Assembly (NCBI GenBank): GCA_040954595.2
Contig: CM082588.2
Span: forward strand, 6,894,202 to 6,958,201
Reading direction: 5' to 3'
From: Balanoglossus misakiensis
Taxonomy: Eukaryota; Animalia; Hemichordata
DNA: 64,000 nt
In this document: positions 51,201 to 64,000 of the stretch, one piece after another
Layout: each line of letters begins with the position of its first letter
How positions within the stretch are numbered: position 1 is the first letter of the stretch
Notes under the pieces: model-generated
The model's database searches: none
What the model was told of the DNA's origin: nothing
The model's input: only the letters and a program-made list of their open reading frames with translations
Translations under genes and position numbers: made by a program

Positions 51201-53123
51201 AGTCATGAAATACAGTTAACATATCGTTTCTTCAATTACTGTTGCGACAGTGAATTGTCGACTTTTTACCCAGAATACAATTATCATAGTTGTTTGACCC
51301 CTTAGCACGAAGTAAAAATAGCCAGATTGATATTAATGCCAGTGCAACTAGCTGTCCACTCGGTTCCACTCAACATAGTTCCTGCCTTTTCTTCTTCAAG
51401 TGCTGGGCATTGACATATTGTACCATCTGCCAACCAGTCCAAGCTCCGCCATGTATACCTATCAAGCAGTGAACACCCCAATTGCATTAGAGTACAGGCG
51501 GCTGTGCACAATTACTGTGAAATGTGGCTTTGATTGGAATGGCCATCTGCAGAAATATCTCTCTGAAGGATGGAAGTTGGTGGATATATTCTATGATGGA
51601 TCGTCAAGACGGGGTAAACAGTTGTGCTGATTTTCTCAAACCATCCCCCCAATGTGCAGCAGGCGCCGGATGCATTTATGACTTGCCTATTCAATAAAGA
51701 ATCGTGGCACAAATGCGCCTGTATCAATCAAAGCAATGCGTCATGCGCATGTGCCAATCTGTATGTTTGTGGGGAGTGGGCTTAAAAAGCTTGTCGATTA
51801 TATGGTTTCTTTAGCAATTTGCTTTTGGCAGATTTTAATATAATTAGGGAGTGTAATCAAGCAGTAATCAGTGGCTTAATTAGCTTGCTGATAAATAAAT
51901 GTTATATGGTTTCTTAGAAATTTCACATTTGGATAATGCAATTTTAACGTCTGTTAAAAATTAATGTTACTTATTAGTAAAAAGAGCTGGCCTTGTTCCA
52001 ATTATGTACACAATATAAGTTAGCGTGAATTTTTCATCCAGAATGTCGTGTAAAAGCTGAACAAATCAAATGTAGATTGGAGTATGTCCACATGATGTAT
52101 ATCTACTGGTTTTGGGGATATATCAGATCAATATCACACGTTCGTTACTCACTGCATTTATTTACTGTCATGCTGATTCGGTCATGTTTTTTTTCTAACT
52201 TTGTAAAAATGTATTTTCATAGATGGATGTGCTCAAACAGCAACCTTGAACTCAGTGTGGTTCTTTGAGAAAGAAGTAGACAGACTGTCAGATCCTTTGC
52301 CACAGTATGAGGGCGTTATTGTCGAATACTGGCAACATGCAACGGTAGGTCACAAACAGCCGCAAGCCAATCGTCCTTTAACCCTTTCACCACAATGGTT
52401 CAGTCCAAACCTATTGTTTCCCATGGTAAAGTTGGACATGTAAAGAGGGAACTGGGGGTGAGAGGGTTATAAAAAATTGTTTTCTTTTAGGAAGAGACTT
52501 CAAGTTGAGCTTCATTCGGAACATATTAAGCTATTTAATTTATCAATCACATTTCAAGTGTTCACATCTAAACTCGCTTCTAGTGAAACATACTACTATG
52601 TTCCAGTACATAATGACAGTTACCATTCCAGACTCGGACTACTACAAGAACACTTTCAAAGCCACTTTCTTGGCGGATTTCGATCCAAAATGATTTAACT
52701 CAGTGTATTCTTAATTTATCAAGTATGGAATGCCATTTACAGTGACTTGTAAAGTCACTTATAAGTCAGTTTTTTGATAGTATATTGATGTCACAAATCG
52801 ATAAAAACAATAATTCCAAATGGTCCCTTTGACTTTCAGTTATAGATGAAATCGTACACGTCAGACTTTTGATAGAATATTGATGTCACAAATTGATAAG
52901 AAAAATAATTCACATAAAAATTAAAATCATCCACCATTTACCTTGTTTCCAGTATCGTCGCTTCACCGGGGCTACACCCCTAGGTACATGGAATGACACC
53001 GTTGCTGAAATGGGCAAACAAGGTTGGGAATTGGCGTGTATTGTAATGACATATGACGTGAAATTGACGCGCCACACACTGGACAGCAAACATCTACTTA
53101 TTTTCCAGAGGAAAATTCGATAA
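48224..53123 (+). CDS. Raftlin-like lipid-raft protein, 7 exons, ~352 aa
   Basis: Exons 48224-48362, 49560-49755, 50225-50339, 50861-50963, 51401-51613, 52223-52344, 52953-53123; 1059 nt in frame, all GT-AG. N-terminal MGCCASC acylation motif. Segments LAQQYANGFELV, WFFEK, YEGVIVEYW, GWELACI and KHLLIFQR parallel raftlin (LLELYQQGFSL, VFIFE, YDAIVVEQW, GWQLTCV, KQIVFLQR) as I recall it. Confidence 0.82.
48400..48586. mobile_element. MITE family B, degenerate copy 3
   Basis: Internal similarity (cacctccaatttacat, tttcgcgtgtgccacccact, ccatggtaactg) and an intact right TIR; left TIR decayed. Confidence 0.7.
52378..52470. mobile_element. Short piggyBac-like MITE (TTAA-CCC...GGG), family F
   Basis: TTAACCCTTTCACC...GGTGAGAGGGTTAT; related copy at 56198-56473 and a more decayed one near 1416-1500. 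Confidence 0.65.
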
Positions 53124-54861
53124 TTTTACAATATTCCTTTTTAGCGATTCCAACATTTTAAAAAGACGTTGTTACTTTTTTTTTAAGTATTTTTGAGACG
53201 TCGACAGAAGATCTTTATTTTACCTGCAAAGTCATTGTAAACATTTTCTTTCTTCCACACGTCTTGTTGTCTTAGATGTAAATTCTGAATTAGTTTAATG
53301 TGGTGTTAAGTTAAGTTAAAGTTTATTTATTAACGTTAAAGTTTTAATCAAATAGTGATTCATACTTGTTAGTGTGAGGAGAATCGTTTATTACACGTTG
53401 TACATTGTCTCATTATTTCCCTAAATGATGATATAGAAGTCTATTTTGTAATCATTTGTGCGAATGTTCAAGTTTAAATTTCTATCATGAAGATGTTTAC
53501 CTGCTGTGCATGTCTTGGGAACCAAGTTGGACGTAACTATAAAAATTGCTATGCTATTTATGCTAATTTACTAATGTGTCGACATTTTTTGTGCTAAGTG
53601 ATGATTTTTGTTAAATGTACCATCGTTCTAATTTAAAATACCCGTTCCGACATCGCTAACGACGTTTTTTATTGATAGATATATATCGACAATTCTAGTG
53701 AAAATGTTGAGACTCACGTGCACTGTCGCGTTATTTTTGTGACAAAAATACGTAAACTCATTCCAATGTATGCCAACAACTTGATTTAACTGTTGGCAAG
53801 TTCTTTTAAGTCCCACCCTTTATTTTTTTTACGAAAATACGTTTTCTGACATCCATAGGTAACGACGTATTTTATTGATTAAAAATTATAACAAGTTTTC
53901 ATAATAAATCTTTTTTTCCAAAATGCATAAAACATTTACTTAATCGTGTCTTAGTATCAACAGCACTAACAAAATTGTGATTAGTGATATTTTGTGACGT
54001 TTCCATGCTTTAGTACGTCGCTACACACAAGAATATCATACTAACAAATACTTAAAATAATTATGTCCGTTTTGAAGTCATTATTTTCGGTATGCATCCG
54101 TTGAAACGCTGACAGTCAGAGTCGAATTTCGGCTTCCTCTTCGTGATATCAAACATAAAACCTCGTGTTGACATAGATATGATAATTGCTAGCCTAGTCC
54201 TAGCCGTATTTGTCCGCTTTATGCTTTCAAAACTACAAAGCGGACGGAATACTGGCTAGGAGTCGACTAGGCTGGCTAATTAGGCCTACGGAAGGAGATA
54301 TGAAAGGGACAGTATGTGAAAATGGACCCATGCGCCTCTCTGGCCAGGCTTTTAAGGTATCAGATTCAGACATTGCGTTCAAAGACGAGTAAAGCATACC
54401 CTACTCAGACTGACTTCAATGTCCTCGATTTTGTTCAACTGGTTGACGTTTCACGATGTCTCACTTCCTCAAGTATAAACGTTGAGGGCGGGTATGTATA
54501 GAAAGTGCACATTGGATGGGGCGCAGGTTGGGCGGGTTAGCTGGAACACATTCTTGTACTAGTATAATAGTGATAAATTATGTTATCAATAAGGCTAGCC
54601 TAGGACTCTGAGTGAACAAGAGTGAAAACACAGAGTCTAGAGTTAGTATTAAACTACAATAGGATAAATTAGCGAACGAGGATATCCGCTCTCAGGCTAA
54701 ACGCCACGAGGTAAGAAGTAACGAACAAACAGACGCGCGAGCTTAGCAACATGAACACAAAACATGGCGACTACAACCGTGTTGCCTGTTGACATGTGAT
54801 ACATTTCGAGGATTCTCGCGTTTTCAGGAAAAGTTCGGAGGCAAAGACATAAAGAAGTACA

Positions 54862-62351
<7,490 letters not shown>

Positions 62352-63553
62352 TGAGAATTGCCAGGAATTTAAATTCAATTCAGATACTTGAATTTTAATT
62401 CCGATACTTTATTGTTGTTCAAAAATTGTGGATAATACAAGATAAATAGTATTACAGTTGGTGATAAAATTGTATAGAATAAAAGATTGTTGAGATAAAA
62501 CTGCACATGCACCATCAAAATGCTGACATGGCTGAAACCGCATCCGTAACCATGGATACAAGGGGAAAAGAGTCTAACTGTCTATATGATGTACATAGCA
62601 GCAGAGATTGTATAATTTTTGTGACCTGTTGATAGGCATGTCAAAATGTTTGTAGTTGTATGTGGGCATGTTTAGTGTGAGCTTTGGCAGGTGTTCTGGT
62701 CAACACACAGCATGCTGAGCTTTGAATTCAGTGTTTTCATTGAGCAGCATTCGTTGTTGAAAATTGGGAATAGAAGTGTTTGTGTAACTTTTATGGAATT
62801 ACTAATAGCTTGCTTGAACATTTTCAAGTGAATAATGATATTTTAAGGTTGCGTGGGATAATTATGAGATTGTAGTTCATTCATTGTACAACTGACCATT
62901 TGACACTGTGACATTATGGAAAAACAAAGCACTGTTTATGCAGAACTCTCGGAATTTTTAGTTAACCAAAGTTCTCCAATACTTCATAAAAGTTTTTTTA
63001 ATGGTTATTACCCAGTGCTTGTGTCATAATCTTCCATTTTATATTCTGAAGCTGAACTTGGGCACCTGCCATTGATAGAGTTGTCTGTCCGCGTACATTG
63101 TCGCAAATGTACCTTGTGCAATGCAGTTGTACCAGTACACACATGTACATTATTGAACCCTCCAGTCACAGTCGATCTATCAGACTCGGTCATTGCGTTG
63201 TTTTTTCACTCCATAAACTGAACTCATCATTTCATAATCACAATCTGTCAATCATATCAAATGTCCTTTTTTCAATTTAGTATCTAGCTACATCTCGGGC
63301 AGATATGGTCCACCAGGTAAAAAGAACTCGTAATCAGACACTAAAACCTGACTATTTCCCTGTTTTGTTTTTGTTTCTTGTGTGTGTTTTTTTTGCTAAA
63401 GATAATCCTCAGCCAGATCCTGGTTCAGTTTTTGTATTGCCGGTGTTTCTCTAAACAACAGTACTCATAAAAGATCGTAGCTTTTTTGTTCATTTCTTGA
63501 ATTTTTCTTGTTTTCCTATTTCTTATAAAGTGAATGCTCATGCAGTATTTTTG

Positions 63554-63688
63554 TTAAAGGGGAGCGGTCGTCGCGCTACGTTTGTTTCTTTATAAACACC
63601 CACAAATCAGTGAGGTTTGTGCTGGTCTGGCAGGACATAGTCTCTTCAAGGGGGACACCTACGCGGCGCGACAACCCCTTCCCTTTAA
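63554..63688. mobile_element. MITE family D, internally deleted copy 3
   Basis: Same termini and the cagtgaggtttgtgctgg core; TTAA flanks. Confidence 0.75.
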
Positions 63689-64000
63689 GCAAAAACAGTG
63701 TCATGTGTTTTGACTCAATCGTGTAGCATGAGGTAAAATATTTGCAACGTTTTCTAGATTTTAAGTTGCATTTTGATATGTTTTCCATTGTATAATTGCG
63801 GTATGTATTTTTGCATATGATTTTTTTGGGGTGTTGTGTTTTCCCCTGTTAACTCTTATATTCGTCTGCCGATAATAGTACCAATACCAGTACCGGTATT
63901 ATATACAAAGGCGATGTACAATCTCATAGTCATATTCTCTCTCCACACTTTCCAAACATTGATATTTTCACACCATTCCCATTTGAACCACTGCTCAGTT

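Noticed and set aside
52769-52912. Local ~45-bp direct duplication in a raftlin-like intron
   Set aside because: Ordinary short intronic duplication with two copies and no array structure; not CRISPR-like.
54720-54795. RFX/FOXJ1-like motifs near the SPAG17 start
   Set aside because: Only half-sites or mismatched matches; plausible for a motile-cilia gene but too weak to call.
63531-63544. Possible further SPAG17 microexon after a pyrimidine tract
   Set aside because: The nearest GT gives 14 nt, which shifts the frame.

Overview
Intron-rich animal genomic DNA. A marine invertebrate deuterostome such as a hemichordate is my inference from gene content and repeat style; I have not confirmed it. 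Exons were read by hand from splice sites and translation. From left to right: (1) ~13.5 kb with no recognisable coding exon, most likely a very large TMEM135 intron with regulatory-looking patches; (2) the last 9 coding exons of TMEM135 (+); (3) a complete 8-exon SLCO/OATP transporter (+); (4) a complete 12-exon cadherin (-) with six EC repeats, NC domain, EGF/LamG modules, six extra EGF repeats and a cytoplasmic tail lacking catenin-binding motifs; (5) three recent copies of a class A GPCR with an intronless CDS, one inverted and two tandem, whose differences cluster on the extracellular face; (6) a 7-exon raftlin-like gene (+); (7) the 5' part of SPAG17 (+) with several candidate small alternative exons. 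There are many MITEs (TTAA-flanked Kolobok-like and piggyBac-like, TA-flanked Tc1/mariner-pogo-like, TAG-ended) and microsatellites. I found no rRNA, tRNA, CRISPR array or confidently identifiable miRNA. The strongest leads are the diversifying GPCR triplet and the catenin-uncoupled, EGF-extended cadherin. I cannot claim that either is previously undescribed without database searches.
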